This document shows, piece after piece, positions 8,408-17,940 of a DNA stretch of 64,000 nt (position 1 is the first letter of the stretch; every line of letters starts with the position of its first letter). The stretch is from Burkholderiales bacterium (GTDB lineage: Bacteria > Pseudomonadota > Gammaproteobacteria > Burkholderiales > SG8-39). Under the pieces are notes generated by a model, which had not been told where the DNA came from, searched no databases, and saw only the letters and a program-made list of their open reading frames with translations. Made by a program: the position numbers and the translations under genes. Location of the stretch: assembly GCA_040902335.1 (NCBI GenBank), contig JBBDXL010000170.1, positions 9,283 through 73,282 of the forward strand, read 5' to 3'.

Positions 8408-8899
8408 CTAGACCTTCAGAGGCTTCCTCCTCCAGCTCTCCGCCAACCGCTGAAACTCGCAAAAGAGCGTATCGCTTCCGCGGGCTTTTCTAAGTTCCCT
8501 GACGAAGCCCTCGAGCGCGCCCCAGTCTCGCAGGACCATCGAGTACTGCATGCGCCTGAACATTGCTTCGTCAAAGGCTCCGTCTCTGATTCCAGCGGCG
8601 GCAAACTCGTAGAAATTCAAGACTACGAGAATCGCTTTCGCTTCTTCTGTAGAGGCCTTGTCTCTCAGGGCATAGCCGACAAACTCTGCTTCGGCTTCAT
8701 GCAGCCCCAGGACTATTCCCCTCGCATCCAGGTTCGTCTTGTTGAGACGCTCATGCATCACCAAGTCTATTGTGGCGCGCTTTCGAGCGATCCGAAGGTT
8801 GTGGACAATGGCGATCGCGGCAATCGCACCAGAAATGAAAATGGCCCCAGCGGTGATGAAGGGGCCATAGTCCTGAGAGAATTGAGCGACGCAGCTCAA
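8408..8899 (-). CDS. membrane-anchored hypothetical protein (DUF4760-like)
   Basis: 163-aa ORF with a TTG start and an N-terminal TM helix (GPFITAGAIFISGAIAAIAIV). The LNFYEFAAAGIRDGAFDE...LRDW pattern is as I remember for DUF4760. Lies in a clearly lower-GC islet. Confidence 0.5.
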   Translation of the reverse strand: MSCVAQFSQDYGPFITAGAIFISGAIAAIAIVHNLRIARKRATIDLVMHERLNKTNLDARGIVLGLHEAEAEFVGYALRDKASTEEAKAILVVLNFYEFAAAGIRDGAFDEAMFRRMQYSMVLRDWGALEGFVRELRKARGSDTLFCEFQRLAESWRRKPLKV

Positions 8900-9084
8900 T
8901 CGGGGTCGCGCCTATTGCTAGTCGGTCCAGCCATCTCTAAGCATGGTGTCCTCCTGATGAGGCATTCTGCCATAGCTCTATACCCGTTTAGTAAGACGTT
9001 GATTCTCACGGTTAGTTCGTGCAGTTTCGGTCCTCGGCAACCAGGCCCTGGACGGCTCTTGGTCTGGGGTGGTCCGCTCGTCGC

Positions 9085-9771
9085 TCACGCGTAGCCCAGG
9101 AGGATGCGCGCCGTCTCCTCGGGCGCGCTCACCATCAGGTCGTGCCCGGTCGCGAGCTCGATGAAGTCCCAGCCGCTGCGATGGCGCGGCTTCATCGCGG
9201 CGAGCGCGGTGAGCGCCGGCGAGGTGCAATCGACGTAGGCCTTCGGCAGGCCGTTGCCGAGCGCGCACCCCCACTTTACCTTCTGCTCGAACGGCGCGTA
9301 CGGGTGCGGCACAAGGCGCCGGCGCACCCATTCGTCGTCGGCCGGGTCCGCAAAGCCGTAAATCTTGGGATCGGGCGCCGGGAGAGTCTTGACGCCGTTC
9401 GTCACCATGGCCGACTTGCGGCGCGCCTCGGTCACCTCCGGCGGGAACGCCTCCGCCCACGACTGCCCGCTCTCCACCAGCAAGGCGTCGAGATAGACGA
9501 GCTGGCGCAGGCGCCGCGGCGCGCGCGCGGCCACGCCCGAGATCACGAGTCCGGCGTAGCTGTGGCCGGCGAGTACAACGTTCTCCAGCTCCTCGGACTC
9601 GAGCACGCGAACGATGTCCTCGACGTGCGTGTCGAGATCCACAGCAGGCGTCAGCAGGTGCGCCCGCTCGCCCAGCCCGGTGAGCGTCGGCGCGAACACG
9701 CGGTGCCCGGCCTTCTGCAGCCGGTCGGCGACGCGCCGCCAGCACCAGCCGCCGTGCCAGGCGCCGTGCAC
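9085..9771 (-). CDS. alpha/beta hydrolase (esterase, salicylate-esterase/MES-like)
   Basis: HGAWHGGWCW N-terminal motif, nucleophile elbow GHSYAG, C-terminal GHDLM. Only a GTG start right at the HG motif is available, because an in-frame TGA lies 12 codons upstream. Confidence 0.8.
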   Translation of the reverse strand: MHGAWHGGWCWRRVADRLQKAGHRVFAPTLTGLGERAHLLTPAVDLDTHVEDIVRVLESEELENVVLAGHSYAGLVISGVAARAPRRLRQLVYLDALLVESGQSWAEAFPPEVTEARRKSAMVTNGVKTLPAPDPKIYGFADPADDEWVRRRLVPHPYAPFEQKVKWGCALGNGLPKAYVDCTSPALTALAAMKPRHRSGWDFIELATGHDLMVSAPEETARILLGYA

Positions 9772-9784
9772 CAGTACGTACGTG

Positions 9785-10954
9785 CTATGCGGACTCGTAC
9801 AGCCTCGTCAGCACGAATTCGCGGTGCCCGAGCGCTTCGGCGGCGGTGAGCCGGCCGTTGGCGGTGCGGAACATGCATTCGAGCAGCTTGTCGCCCGCCT
9901 GGTCGGGCGTGAGCTCCTTGCGCAGCAGCCCCGAGACGTCGACGTCGATGTGCTCGCTCATGGTGCGCACGGTGCGCGGGTTCGCGGAGAGCTTGATCAC
10001 CGGCAGGATCGGGTTGCCGATGACGTTGCCCTGGCCGGTGGGAAAGAGGTGCACCGCGAAACCGGCGGCGGCGCAGAGCGTCACCATCTCGGCCGCGGCG
10101 GAAGAGGAGTCCATGAACCAAAGGCCCGGCCCGGTCGGCATTTCCGCCTTGTCGAGCACGCCGTCGACGACGCACTTGCGGCCGATCTTCTGGATGTTGC
10201 CGAGCGCCTTTTCCTCGATGGTGGTGAGGCCGCCCTCGATATTGCCCTTGGTCGGCTGCGAATCCATGAGATCGCTCGTCTTGTGGCGGTCGACGACCGC
10301 CTGATAGCGGTCGAAGACGAACTGGAATTTCTTCCTCACCTCGTCGTTGCGGCAGCGCGCGGCCACGAGCTGCTCGCCGCCCGTCAGCTCTGTAGTTTCC
10401 CCAAACACCAGGGTGACGCCGCGCGGGTAGAGCTTGTCGAAGGCGTTGCCGACGGTGGGGTTCGCGCCGCAGCCCGAGGTGGTGTCGGACTCGCCGCACT
10501 TGGTTGACACCCACAGATCCTTGAGCGGCCGCTCCTCGCGCCTGAGCTCGGAGGCCCACTGCACGTACTCCTTCGCCGCCTTGGAGGCGCGCATGATGGT
10601 GTCGTGGTCGCCGTGCTGCTCGATGCCGAAGTACGAGACGGGCTTGCCGGTGGCGGCGATGCCGTCGGCCACCTTCTTGGCCCACGTGTCCTCGATGCAG
10701 ATCACCACCACCGCGGCGACGTTCGGGTTCGAGCCCGCGCCGATCAGTGTCCGGAAGTGCAGGTCGAGGTCGGCGCCGAACTGCAGGCGCCCGTACGGAT
10801 GCGGGATCGCCAGCGCGCCCTTCACGTTGTTCTCCACGGCCTGCGCCGCGGCGTTGGAAAGATCGTCCACCGGCAGGATGAGGACGTGATTGCGCACGCC
10901 GACCCGCTGGTTCTCGCGCTTGTAGCCCCAGAAGCTCGCTTTCGAGAGGTCCAT
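9785..10954 (-). CDS. UxaA family hydrolase, large subunit (altronate/galactarate dehydratase C-terminal domain)
   Basis: 389-aa product starting [28 protein letters not shown]; motifs [12 protein letters not shown] and PTGQGN. The rest of the 1058-aa track ORF is antisense to phoD and spurious. Confidence 0.85.
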   Translation of the reverse strand: MDLSKASFWGYKRENQRVGVRNHVLILPVDDLSNAAAQAVENNVKGALAIPHPYGRLQFGADLDLHFRTLIGAGSNPNVAAVVVICIEDTWAKKVADGIAATGKPVSYFGIEQHGDHDTIMRASKAAKEYVQWASELRREERPLKDLWVSTKCGESDTTSGCGANPTVGNAFDKLYPRGVTLVFGETTELTGGEQLVAARCRNDEVRKKFQFVFDRYQAVVDRHKTSDLMDSQPTKGNIEGGLTTIEEKALGNIQKIGRKCVVDGVLDKAEMPTGPGLWFMDSSSAAAEMVTLCAAAGFAVHLFPTGQGNVIGNPILPVIKLSANPRTVRTMSEHIDVDVSGLLRKELTPDQAGDKLLECMFRTANGRLTAAEALGHREFVLTRLYESA

Positions 10955-10956
10955 GT

Positions 10957-11238
10957 TCACCACCGCTTGGTTTTCAGGTTCTGAACGTGCGTGTGCTCGC
11001 CCTTGGCGATCGGCGCCACGACTCTTCCGATGTCGACGCCGTACTTGATCACCGTGTCGCCGGGTTTGTAGTCCTTGAGGGCGAGCTTGTGGCCGATCGG
11101 GATGTCGCTCTTCGCGGTGATCCTGATCTCCTTGTCGTCCTCCATGATCCAGCCGGTGAGCTCCTGCCCCTGCTTCACGTCCTCGACGACGACCACGCCG
11201 ACGCCGTCGCCCTCCTCGTGCACGACGAAATGAATCAT
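10957..11238 (-). CDS. UxaA family hydrolase, small SAF-domain subunit
   Basis: 93-aa ORF with [22 protein letters not shown] (SAF domain), immediately upstream of the large subunit. Confidence 0.8.
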   Translation of the reverse strand: MIHFVVHEEGDGVGVVVVEDVKQGQELTGWIMEDDKEIRITAKSDIPIGHKLALKDYKPGDTVIKYGVDIGRVVAPIAKGEHTHVQNLKTKRW

Positions 11239-11275
11239 TGCCTTCTCCGTAACGTTCCCCCGCTATTCTATCGGC

Positions 11276-12802
11276 ATGACCGATCGCCGAAGGTTCCTGC
11301 AGGCGCTCGCCGCCGCGGGTGTTTCGCACGCGCTGCCGGGCTGCGCGCAGGGGACGCCGCGTTTCGCCTCCTATCCCTTCGGCCTGGGCGTCGCCTCGGG
11401 CTATCCGCATCCCGGCGGCATGGTGCTGTGGACGCGGCTCACCGGCGAGCTGCCGCCGGTCGGCTTGCCGGTGCGCTGGGAGATCGCGGCGGACGAGTCC
11501 ATGTCGAAGGTCGTGGCTTCGGGCAACGCCGTTGCGGAGCCGCATTGGGCGCATTCGCTGCGCGTGGAGGCGAAAGGCCTCGAGCCCGATCGCGGGTACT
11601 GGTACCGGTTCATGGCCGGCGACGCCGTGAGCCCGGTCGGGCGCACGCGCACGGCGCCGCGCCTCGATGCCGCGGTCGCGCGGCTGCGCTTCGCCTTCGC
11701 CTCCTGCCAGCAGTACGAGCAGGGCTACTTCGGCGCGCACCGGCACATCGCGGCGGATGCGCTCGACCTGATCGCGTTTCTCGGCGACTACATCTACGAA
11801 TCGTCCTGGGGCAAGGAGCACGTGCGCAAGCACGGCGCGCCGGAACCCTACACGCTCGAGGACTACCGCGCGCGCTACGCCTTGTACAAGTCGGATCCCG
11901 ATTTGCAGGCCGCGCACGCCGCCTGTCCGTGGATCGTCACCTGGGACGACCACGAGGTGGACAACGACTACGCCGACGACCGGCCCGAGGACGGCATGCC
12001 GCGCGAGCAGTTCCTCGCGCGTCGCGCGGCGGCCTATCGCGCCTTTTACGAGCACATGCCGCTCCCCGAGCGTATGAAACCCAAGGGCCCGGAAATGCGC
12101 ATCTACACGCAGCTCGGCTGGGGGACGCTCGGGCGCTTCTACCTGTTGGACGATCGCCAATACCGCACCTGGCAGTCCTGCGCGCGGCGCGGGCGCGGCG
12201 GCTCGAACACCGTGGACGTGGAGAAGTGCGACCGGCTGACCGACGCGAAGCGCTCGCTGCTCGGTGCCGCGCAGGAGCGCTGGCTGGAGGGGGCGCTCGG
12301 CGACTCGCGTTCCCGGTGGAATTTCCTCGCGCAGCAGACGCGCATGGCACAGTTCGATCAGAAGCCGGGACCCGGGCGGCGCGCCTGGACCGACGGCTGG
12401 GACGGCTATCCGGCGGCGCGCGAGCGGCTGCTCGGGTTCCTGGCCGAGCGGCGCATCGCCAATCCGGTGGTGCTGGGCGGCGACGTGCACCAGTTCAATG
12501 TCGCCGACCTGAAGGCCGACTTCGACGATCCCGCCTCGCCGACCGTGGCGAGCGAGTTCGTCGGCACTTCGATCACCTCGCAGGGTTGGCCGCAGGACAC
12601 CCTGAACCGGTTCCTGCCCGACAACCCGCACATGAAGCTGATGGAGTCGCGCTTTCGCGGCTACGTGCGCGTGGACGTGACAGCGCATGAAGCGCGCTTC
12701 GACCTGCGCGCGATGGAGTCGGTGCGCGAGCCCGGCGCGGGGTGCCGCACGCACGCGACGTTCGTCGTCGGGGACGGGCGGGCGGGGTCGGTTCGCGCGT
12801 AG
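11276..12802 (+). CDS. phoD: alkaline phosphatase D family protein (Tat-exported)
   Basis: 508-aa ORF with twin-arginine signal [16 protein letters not shown]. PhoD metallophosphatase motifs [23 protein letters not shown]. Confidence 0.9.
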   Translation: MTDRRRFLQALAAAGVSHALPGCAQGTPRFASYPFGLGVASGYPHPGGMVLWTRLTGELPPVGLPVRWEIAADESMSKVVASGNAVAEPHWAHSLRVEAKGLEPDRGYWYRFMAGDAVSPVGRTRTAPRLDAAVARLRFAFASCQQYEQGYFGAHRHIAADALDLIAFLGDYIYESSWGKEHVRKHGAPEPYTLEDYRARYALYKSDPDLQAAHAACPWIVTWDDHEVDNDYADDRPEDGMPREQFLARRAAAYRAFYEHMPLPERMKPKGPEMRIYTQLGWGTLGRFYLLDDRQYRTWQSCARRGRGGSNTVDVEKCDRLTDAKRSLLGAAQERWLEGALGDSRSRWNFLAQQTRMAQFDQKPGPGRRAWTDGWDGYPAARERLLGFLAERRIANPVVLGGDVHQFNVADLKADFDDPASPTVASEFVGTSITSQGWPQDTLNRFLPDNPHMKLMESRFRGYVRVDVTAHEARFDLRAMESVREPGAGCRTHATFVVGDGRAGSVRA

Positions 12803-12804
12803 CG

Positions 12805-13185
12805 TCAGCGCAGGAGAGCGAGCGGGTAGAGGAGCATCAGGCCCACGAGGGCGATGAGGAAGAGCGCCCGCACAAAGTCTTCCATCGTCGCGCGCCGCAG
12901 GCGGCTCCAGAGCCAGCGCGCGTAGGAGCCCCCGTGCTCCCGGTGCCACTGGGCCTGCCATGTCTCGCGTGCCGCCGCAGCGTAGTCTGCCGCCTCCCGG
13001 TCCAGGATTTCCTTCGCGCGGGGGTAGTCCCCTTGCGCTACCCAGATGGCGTCGCTCCCGAAGAGCCTCGACTTCGAGCGCGTTTCCTGGTGCGCGATCT
13101 TCGCTTCGTCGAGCAGCCGCAGGATCTCGCGCTCCTGGTCGGGCTCGAGCGGCAGGCTGACGAGGCGCTCGGTGCGGCCCTCCAT
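12805..13185 (-). CDS. hypothetical protein (DUF2007-like N-terminus, C-terminal TM helix)
   Basis: 126-aa ORF with coding-like composition, a small alpha/beta N-terminal region and a hydrophobic tail [19 protein letters not shown]. Confidence 0.5.
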   Translation of the reverse strand: MEGRTERLVSLPLEPDQEREILRLLDEAKIAHQETRSKSRLFGSDAIWVAQGDYPRAKEILDREAADYAAAARETWQAQWHREHGGSYARWLWSRLRRATMEDFVRALFLIALVGLMLLYPLALLR

Positions 13186-13193
13186 CGCAGCGC

Positions 13194-13400
13194 TCAGGGC
13201 TTGAGCACCTCGCGAAGCGCCTTCACGGCATCGAGGCGGCCGTGGTGCGCGGCGAGCATGAGCGCAGTCTGCCCGAAGCGGTCCTTCGCATCGACGTCTG
13301 CGAGCAATGACGTCTCAGCCTGAGAAGCGTCGCCTCCGGCAGCAAATCCGGCCGAGACAGAAAGCGCCGAGGCCAAGACAAACTGAAGGCGTGTTTTCAA
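13194..13400 (-). CDS. small secreted protein with a single ankyrin-like repeat
   Basis: 68-aa ORF with a signal peptide, then [25 protein letters not shown] (ankyrin consensus). Possibly a fragment. Confidence 0.4.
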   Translation of the reverse strand: MKTRLQFVLASALSVSAGFAAGGDASQAETSLLADVDAKDRFGQTALMLAAHHGRLDAVKALREVLKP

Positions 13401-13430
13401 GATTCCGTATGAGTCGTGGCAGATGTCTTG

Positions 13431-13688
13431 TTACTCAATGCCCAGCTCATCCTTTAAACCCAGAACAAAATTTCTCGCGCGCCCAGCAGATACCATGATG
13501 CCCAGCGCCAAGGTTTCCCTCAATTCGGCGGAGGTCGCACCGACCTCCTTCGCGCCTGTGAAGGCGTTACGCAGTCAGGTGGGACAGCCGGCCGCCACGG
13601 CACACCCTGCCTGGATCAGCCTTCGCGTTTTCGCATCCAGCACTTCCTCATACTCGAAATCGATGAGTATCTTCTTTCGCGTCGTCAC
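13431..13688 (-). CDS. carboxymuconolactone decarboxylase/AhpD-like small redox protein with in-frame TGA (candidate selenocysteine, C-P-T-U motif)
   Basis: Own translation: AAGGAG-N6-GTG(13688) MTTRKKILIDFEYEEVLDAKTRRLIQAGCAVAAGCPT-TGA(13577..13575)-LRNAFTGAKEVGATSAELRETLALGIMVSAGRARNFVLGLKDELGIE-TAA. Both halves share one frame. The TGA falls where the second Cys of the family CxxC motif is expected. Confidence 0.55.
13530..13574 (-). promoter_or_regulatory. SECIS-like stem-loops immediately 3' of the in-frame UGA
   Basis: On the mRNA: UGA-N8-CGCCU-UCAC-AGGCG-CGAA-GGAGGUC-GGUGC-GACCUCC. The perfect 7-bp stem has a G-rich 5-nt loop that starts 33 nt after the UGA. Confidence 0.4.
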
Positions 13689-13778
13689 GTTTTTCTCCTT
13701 GCCAGCAGCAAGCTCAGAGCACCGCGCGCTGCCGGATCACGTTCGCGGTCTAACGTCCATTAGCGATAGCGCGTCATG

Positions 13779-14069
13779 CTATTTGCACTTCAGATTCGCC
13801 GACCAGTTCTCGATCGGCTTCGTGCAATCCGCCTCGTTCACCTGCCGCGTCGCATCGAGCCCGCGCTCCCGTGCGGCGGCGCTGCCGCCGTACTCCGCCG
13901 CGATCAGGCCGATGCCGATCAGCGCCCAGACCGCGGGACCGCCGTGCCCGCTGTAGCCGGCTGAAAAGCTGGTGGTGGTGCTCGTCACACTGCCACCCGA
14001 GTCAAACCGCACGCTCGTATGCGAGCACCCGGCGATGAGAAAGGCACAAACCAGCGTAAGAAATCTCAT
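13779..14069 (-). CDS. hypothetical lipoprotein
   Basis: 96-aa ORF with lipobox LIAGC after a signal peptide. Lies in a lower-GC patch. Confidence 0.55.
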   Translation of the reverse strand: MRFLTLVCAFLIAGCSHTSVRFDSGGSVTSTTTSFSAGYSGHGGPAVWALIGIGLIAAEYGGSAAARERGLDATRQVNEADCTKPIENWSANLKCK

Positions 14070-15001
14070 GATGTCGCTCTAATCAGCCGGTCCCGCACCC
14101 CGGCCCATTCCGGAGTCTCGGGCGGCGCTTCGATGAGGATACTCTCGCAGCCCGCCCCGTCCAACGCGCGCAGCGCCGCGTAGAGCCGCTGCGCGTAGCC
14201 GAGCGGCTCGCGCGGCATGCGCAACCAGTACGCCACCCGCTCGTCGGGCCGCGAGAAGGCGAGCACCGCCACCCTGTCCTTCAGCCGCGCGATCTCGCGG
14301 TCGAGCTCGTGCGGCGGCACGAGGCGCGCGGGCGTCTTCGGCGCGTAGTGGCGTTCTAGCCCGCCTGAATGCCGCGGCGAGTCGGCGCGCTTTTCCTGTA
14401 CCAGGATGCCCAGGACCTTCTCCAGCTCCAGCCGCGTGATGCGGCCAGGCCGCAGGAGCGCCGGCGCTTCCCCCGAAAGGTCCACGATGGTGGACTCGAT
14501 GCCGACCTCGCTCGGCCCGCCGTCCAGGACGAGCTCGACGTCCGCGCCGAGGTCCTGCTTCACGTGCATCGCGGTGGTGGGCGAAACCTGCCCGAAGCGG
14601 TTTGCCGAGGGCGCCGCGATGCCGCCGCCGAAGGTCTTGAGGAATTCCTGCGCCACCGGGTGCGACGGCACCCGAAGCCCGATGGTGTCCTGCCCGCCAG
14701 TGACGAAGTCGCCCGCCTTGGGCGAGCGCTTCAGGATCAGCGTGAGCGGCCCCGGCCAGAACGCCGCGGCGAGCTTCTTCGCGCCTTCCGGCACATCGCG
14801 CGCCCACTCGAACGCAGTTGTCGCGTCGGCGAAATGCACGATCACCGGATGGTCCGCCGGCCGGCGCTTCGCGGCGTACAAGCGCGCGACCGCTTCCCGG
14901 CTGGAAGCGTCCGCCCCCAGCCCGTACACGGTCTCGGTGGGAAAGCCGACCAGCCCGCCGCGCTTGAGGACCTCGGCGGCGCGCCGGACGTCGTCGCTCA
15001 C
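14066..15001 (-). CDS. tsaC: L-threonylcarbamoyladenylate synthase (Sua5/YwlC long form)
   Basis: Motifs [36 protein letters not shown], plus a C-terminal Sua5 domain. GTG start at 15001 overlaps the purE stop (GTGA). Confidence 0.85.
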   Translation of the reverse strand: MSDDVRRAAEVLKRGGLVGFPTETVYGLGADASSREAVARLYAAKRRPADHPVIVHFADATTAFEWARDVPEGAKKLAAAFWPGPLTLILKRSPKAGDFVTGGQDTIGLRVPSHPVAQEFLKTFGGGIAAPSANRFGQVSPTTAMHVKQDLGADVELVLDGGPSEVGIESTIVDLSGEAPALLRPGRITRLELEKVLGILVQEKRADSPRHSGGLERHYAPKTPARLVPPHELDREIARLKDRVAVLAFSRPDERVAYWLRMPREPLGYAQRLYAALRALDGAGCESILIEAPPETPEWAGVRDRLIRATS

Positions 15002-15477
15002 AGTTTGAGCGGCGCTGCCTTGAGGACCGCTTCGGTCTGCTTCGCGCGAAAGGCCTCGAGCTTCTTCGCCATGTCCTTGTCGGCGAGCGCAAGCAGCGCC
15101 ACCGCGAACAGCGCCGCGTTCGCCGCGCCCGCTTCGCCGATGGCGAAGGTGGCCACCGGAATGCCCTTGGGCATCTGCACGGTGGACAGCAGCGAATCCA
15201 GGCCCTGCAGGTGCTTGGAGGGCATCGGCACGCCGAGCACCGGCAGCGTCGTATGCGCCGCGACCACGCCCGCGAGGTGCGCCGCGCCGCCCGCGGCGGC
15301 GATGATCGCTTTCATGCCCTTCTTCTGCGCGCCTTCGGCCCACGCGGCCACCGCGTGCGGCGTGCGGTGCGCGGACATGGCCTTCGCCTCGTAGGGCACG
15401 CCGAAGTCCTCGAGCATCTTCGCGGCCGCCTTCATCACGTCCCAGTCGTTGGCCGACCCCATCACGATGCCGATCAT
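14998..15477 (-). CDS. purE: 5-(carboxyamino)imidazole ribonucleotide mutase
   Basis: 159-aa product [15 protein letters not shown]...SAHRTP...[10 protein letters not shown], a classic PurE pattern. Confidence 0.9.
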   Translation of the reverse strand: MIGIVMGSANDWDVMKAAAKMLEDFGVPYEAKAMSAHRTPHAVAAWAEGAQKKGMKAIIAAAGGAAHLAGVVAAHTTLPVLGVPMPSKHLQGLDSLLSTVQMPKGIPVATFAIGEAGAANAALFAVALLALADKDMAKKLEAFRAKQTEAVLKAAPLKL

Positions 15478-16367
15478 GCGAGCTTTCTCCCGGTGAGACG
15501 CTCGAGCGCTTCGCGATATTTTTCGGATGTCCTGGCGATCACCTCGGGCGGGAGCTTCGGCGCCGGCGGCGTCTTGTCCCACTCCAGCGTCTCCAGGTAA
15601 TCGCGCACGTACTGCTTGTCGTAGGACGGCGGGCTGATGCCGACTTTGTACGAGTCGGCGGGCCAGAAGCGCGAAGAGTCCGCCGTCAGCACTTCGTCGA
15701 TGAGGACGAGGTTGCCCTGCGCATCGGTGCCGAACTCGAACTTGGTGTCGGCGATGATGATGCCCCGGGTCGCCGCGTACTCGGCGGCCTCCTGGTACAG
15801 GCGGATCGACACCTCGCGCACCTTCGCCGCCAGGTCCTTGCCGATCAACTTCTCGACTTCGCCGAAGGAAATGTTCTCGTCGTGGCCTTCCGCGGCCTTG
15901 GTCGCGGGCGTGAAGATCGGCTCGGGGAGCTTCTGCGCCTGCGCGAGGCCCTTCGGCAGCGCGATGCCGCAGACCTTGCCGGTCTTCTGGTAGTCCTTCC
16001 AGCCCGAGCCGATGAGATAGCCGCGCACCACCGCCTCGATCGGCAGGGGCTTCAGCTTCTTCACCACCACCGAGCGGCCCTTCACCTGCGCTTTTTCGTC
16101 CTCGCCCTGCACCACCGTCTGCGGGTCGATGCCGGTGAGCTGGTTGGGCACGATGTGGCCGAGCTTGCCGAACCAGAAGTTGGCCATCTCGTTCAGCACG
16201 CGCCCCTTGTCGGGAATCGGATCGGGCAGCACCACGTCGAAGGCCGAGAGCCGGTCGCTCACCACGATGAGCATCTTGTCCTCGCCCACGCCATAGATGT
16301 CGCGCACCTTGCCGCGCCCGAGGCGCGGCAGGCTCTTCAGGCTCGATTCGTAGAGGGCGTCGTTCAT
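15474..16367 (-). CDS. purC: phosphoribosylaminoimidazole-succinocarboxamide synthase
   Basis: 297-aa ORF of the long PurC type: [23 protein letters not shown]. Confidence 0.92.
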   Translation of the reverse strand: MNDALYESSLKSLPRLGRGKVRDIYGVGEDKMLIVVSDRLSAFDVVLPDPIPDKGRVLNEMANFWFGKLGHIVPNQLTGIDPQTVVQGEDEKAQVKGRSVVVKKLKPLPIEAVVRGYLIGSGWKDYQKTGKVCGIALPKGLAQAQKLPEPIFTPATKAAEGHDENISFGEVEKLIGKDLAAKVREVSIRLYQEAAEYAATRGIIIADTKFEFGTDAQGNLVLIDEVLTADSSRFWPADSYKVGISPPSYDKQYVRDYLETLEWDKTPPAPKLPPEVIARTSEKYREALERLTGRKLA

Positions 16368-17390
16368 CTACGCGGCCTGCCTTTCCAGCTCGGGCTTCCA
16401 CTTGCCGAGCGCGGCGAGGCCGTTCATGTGCGCGCGGTGGTGGAACGCCTTCTGCGCCGCGCCGGCGTTCTTCGCCTCGCCGCGCCAGGCCTTGAGCGCC
16501 GGGTTCTGCAGCGCGCGCGAATAGGAAAAGGTGAGAGGCCAGGGCAGCCCCTTCATCGCCGCCATGGCATTGAGGTGCGCCGTGGCCGCCTCGTCGGACT
16601 GTCCGCCCGACAGAAAGACGATGCCCGGCTGCGCCGCCGGCACCGTGCGCTTCAGCACGCGCACGGTGCGCTCGGCGACCTCGTCGACGGGGGCCTGGCG
16701 CGCGTGGTCCTTGCCCGAGACCACCATGCTGGTCTTCAGGATCAGGTGCTCGACCGAGACGTTGTGCGCGGCGATCGCGGCGTAGGTGGCGCGCAGGGTC
16801 GCTTCGGTGACTTCCTCGGCGCGCTCCACGCTGTGGCTGCCGTCGAGCAGCACCTCGGGCTCGATCATCGGCACGATGGACGCCTCCTGGCAGAGCGCCG
16901 CGTAGCGCGCGAGCGCGTGCGCGTTGGCGTAGAGACAGGCGTGGCTGGGGATGCCGTCGCCGATGGTGATCACCGCGCGCCACTTGGCGAAGCGCGCGCC
17001 GAGCTTGAAGTACTCGGCGAGCCGCCCGCGCAGGCCGTCCAGCCCCTCGGTCACCTTCTCGCCGGGGCAGAGCGCGAGGTCCATCGCGCCCTTGTCCACC
17101 TTGATGCCGGGGATGATCCCCTTCCCGGCGAGATACGCCGGGAACGGCACCCCGTCGTTCGTCTTCTGGCGGATCGTCTCGTCGAACAGGATCACCCCCG
17201 AAACGTACTGCTCCGCGCCCGGGGTGGTGAAGAGCAGCCCCCGGTAGGCGCGGCGGTTCTCTTCGGTGCACTCGACGTTGACCGACTTGAAGCGCTTCTC
17301 GCAGGTGCCGCTCGATTCGTCGGCGGCGAGCACGCCTTTGCCGCGCGCGACCATCGCCGCGGCGGTCTTGGAAAGCAGGGCTTTGTCCAT
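16368..17390 (-). CDS. class I fructose-bisphosphate aldolase
   Basis: 340-aa ORF with [19 protein letters not shown] and a Schiff-base region LILKTSMV; typical class I FBA. Confidence 0.9.
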   Translation of the reverse strand: MDKALLSKTAAAMVARGKGVLAADESSGTCEKRFKSVNVECTEENRRAYRGLLFTTPGAEQYVSGVILFDETIRQKTNDGVPFPAYLAGKGIIPGIKVDKGAMDLALCPGEKVTEGLDGLRGRLAEYFKLGARFAKWRAVITIGDGIPSHACLYANAHALARYAALCQEASIVPMIEPEVLLDGSHSVERAEEVTEATLRATYAAIAAHNVSVEHLILKTSMVVSGKDHARQAPVDEVAERTVRVLKRTVPAAQPGIVFLSGGQSDEAATAHLNAMAAMKGLPWPLTFSYSRALQNPALKAWRGEAKNAGAAQKAFHHRAHMNGLAALGKWKPELERQAA

Positions 17391-17451
17391 CTGACGTTCT
17401 CTCGTGCTGGGAATGGATCCCGGAAGGCCCGGATTTTACCTTGCGGCGCTG

Positions 17452-17940
17452 CTAGAACTCGATGTCCTCGCGAATCGCCGCGATGCCCGCCGCCGCGCAG
17501 GCGTCGTCCTCCTTGCCGCCGGGCGCGCCCGAGACGCCGATCGCGCCAAGCAGCGATCCGCCCGCCTCGATCATCAGACCGCCACCCACCGCGGCCACGC
17601 CGGGCAGATCCCGGATGCCGCTCGAGGGCTTGCCGGCCTGGCTGGCTTGCGCGAGCTCCGTCGTGTTGGTGCGGAAGCTCGCCGCGGTCCAGGCCTTGCT
17701 GCGCGCCATCTCCACGGTGTGCGTGCCGGCATAGCGGTCGCGCAGCAGCACCTGCGTCACGCCCATGCGGTCCACCACGGCCACCGTCACCTGGAAGCCG
17801 CCGTCGCGGCATTTCTTCAGCGCGGCCTGCGCCGCCTTGAGCGCGGTCTCGGGCGTGAGCAGCTTGATCGAGTGGGTGCCCTGGGCCGAGGCGGCCAAAG
17901 GGAAAATTCCGAGGCACAGCAAGAGCAGGGTGAGTTTCAT
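17452..17940 (-). CDS. GlcG/HbpS-like heme-binding protein (DUF336), secreted
   Basis: 162-aa product with a signal peptide. Motifs AVVDRMG...LRD and GGGLMI...GAIGVSGAPGGKEDDACA. Confidence 0.75.
   Translation of the reverse strand: MKLTLLLLCLGIFPLAASAQGTHSIKLLTPETALKAAQAALKKCRDGGFQVTVAVVDRMGVTQVLLRDRYAGTHTVEMARSKAWTAASFRTNTTELAQASQAGKPSSGIRDLPGVAAVGGGLMIEAGGSLLGAIGVSGAPGGKEDDACAAAGIAAIREDIEF

Noticed and set aside
8918-8955. An 8-codon mini-ORF (MLRDGWTD) with a perfect AGGAGG-N5-ATG upstream of the DUF4760-like gene, as a possible leader peptide.
   Set aside because: Apart from the strong Shine-Dalgarno sequence nothing supports it. It is too short for any composition or homology argument, and no attenuator-like structure follows.
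10955-12961. The upstream two-thirds of the 1058-aa minus-strand ORF 9785..12961.
   Set aside because: Only the last 389 codons look like a real protein (UxaA family). The rest is Arg/Ala/Gly/Pro-rich low-complexity sequence lying antisense to phoD and the SAF-subunit gene, which is a typical high-GC artefact.
15882-17840. 652-aa plus-strand ORF. The other long alternative-frame ORFs (14998..17271 upstream part, 29913..31892, 33138..34601, 44524..46386, 61810..63399) fall in the same class.
   Set aside because: All overlap genes with strong family signatures on the other strand or frame, and all show the low-complexity Arg/Ala/Gly/Pro bias of non-coding frames in GC-rich DNA.
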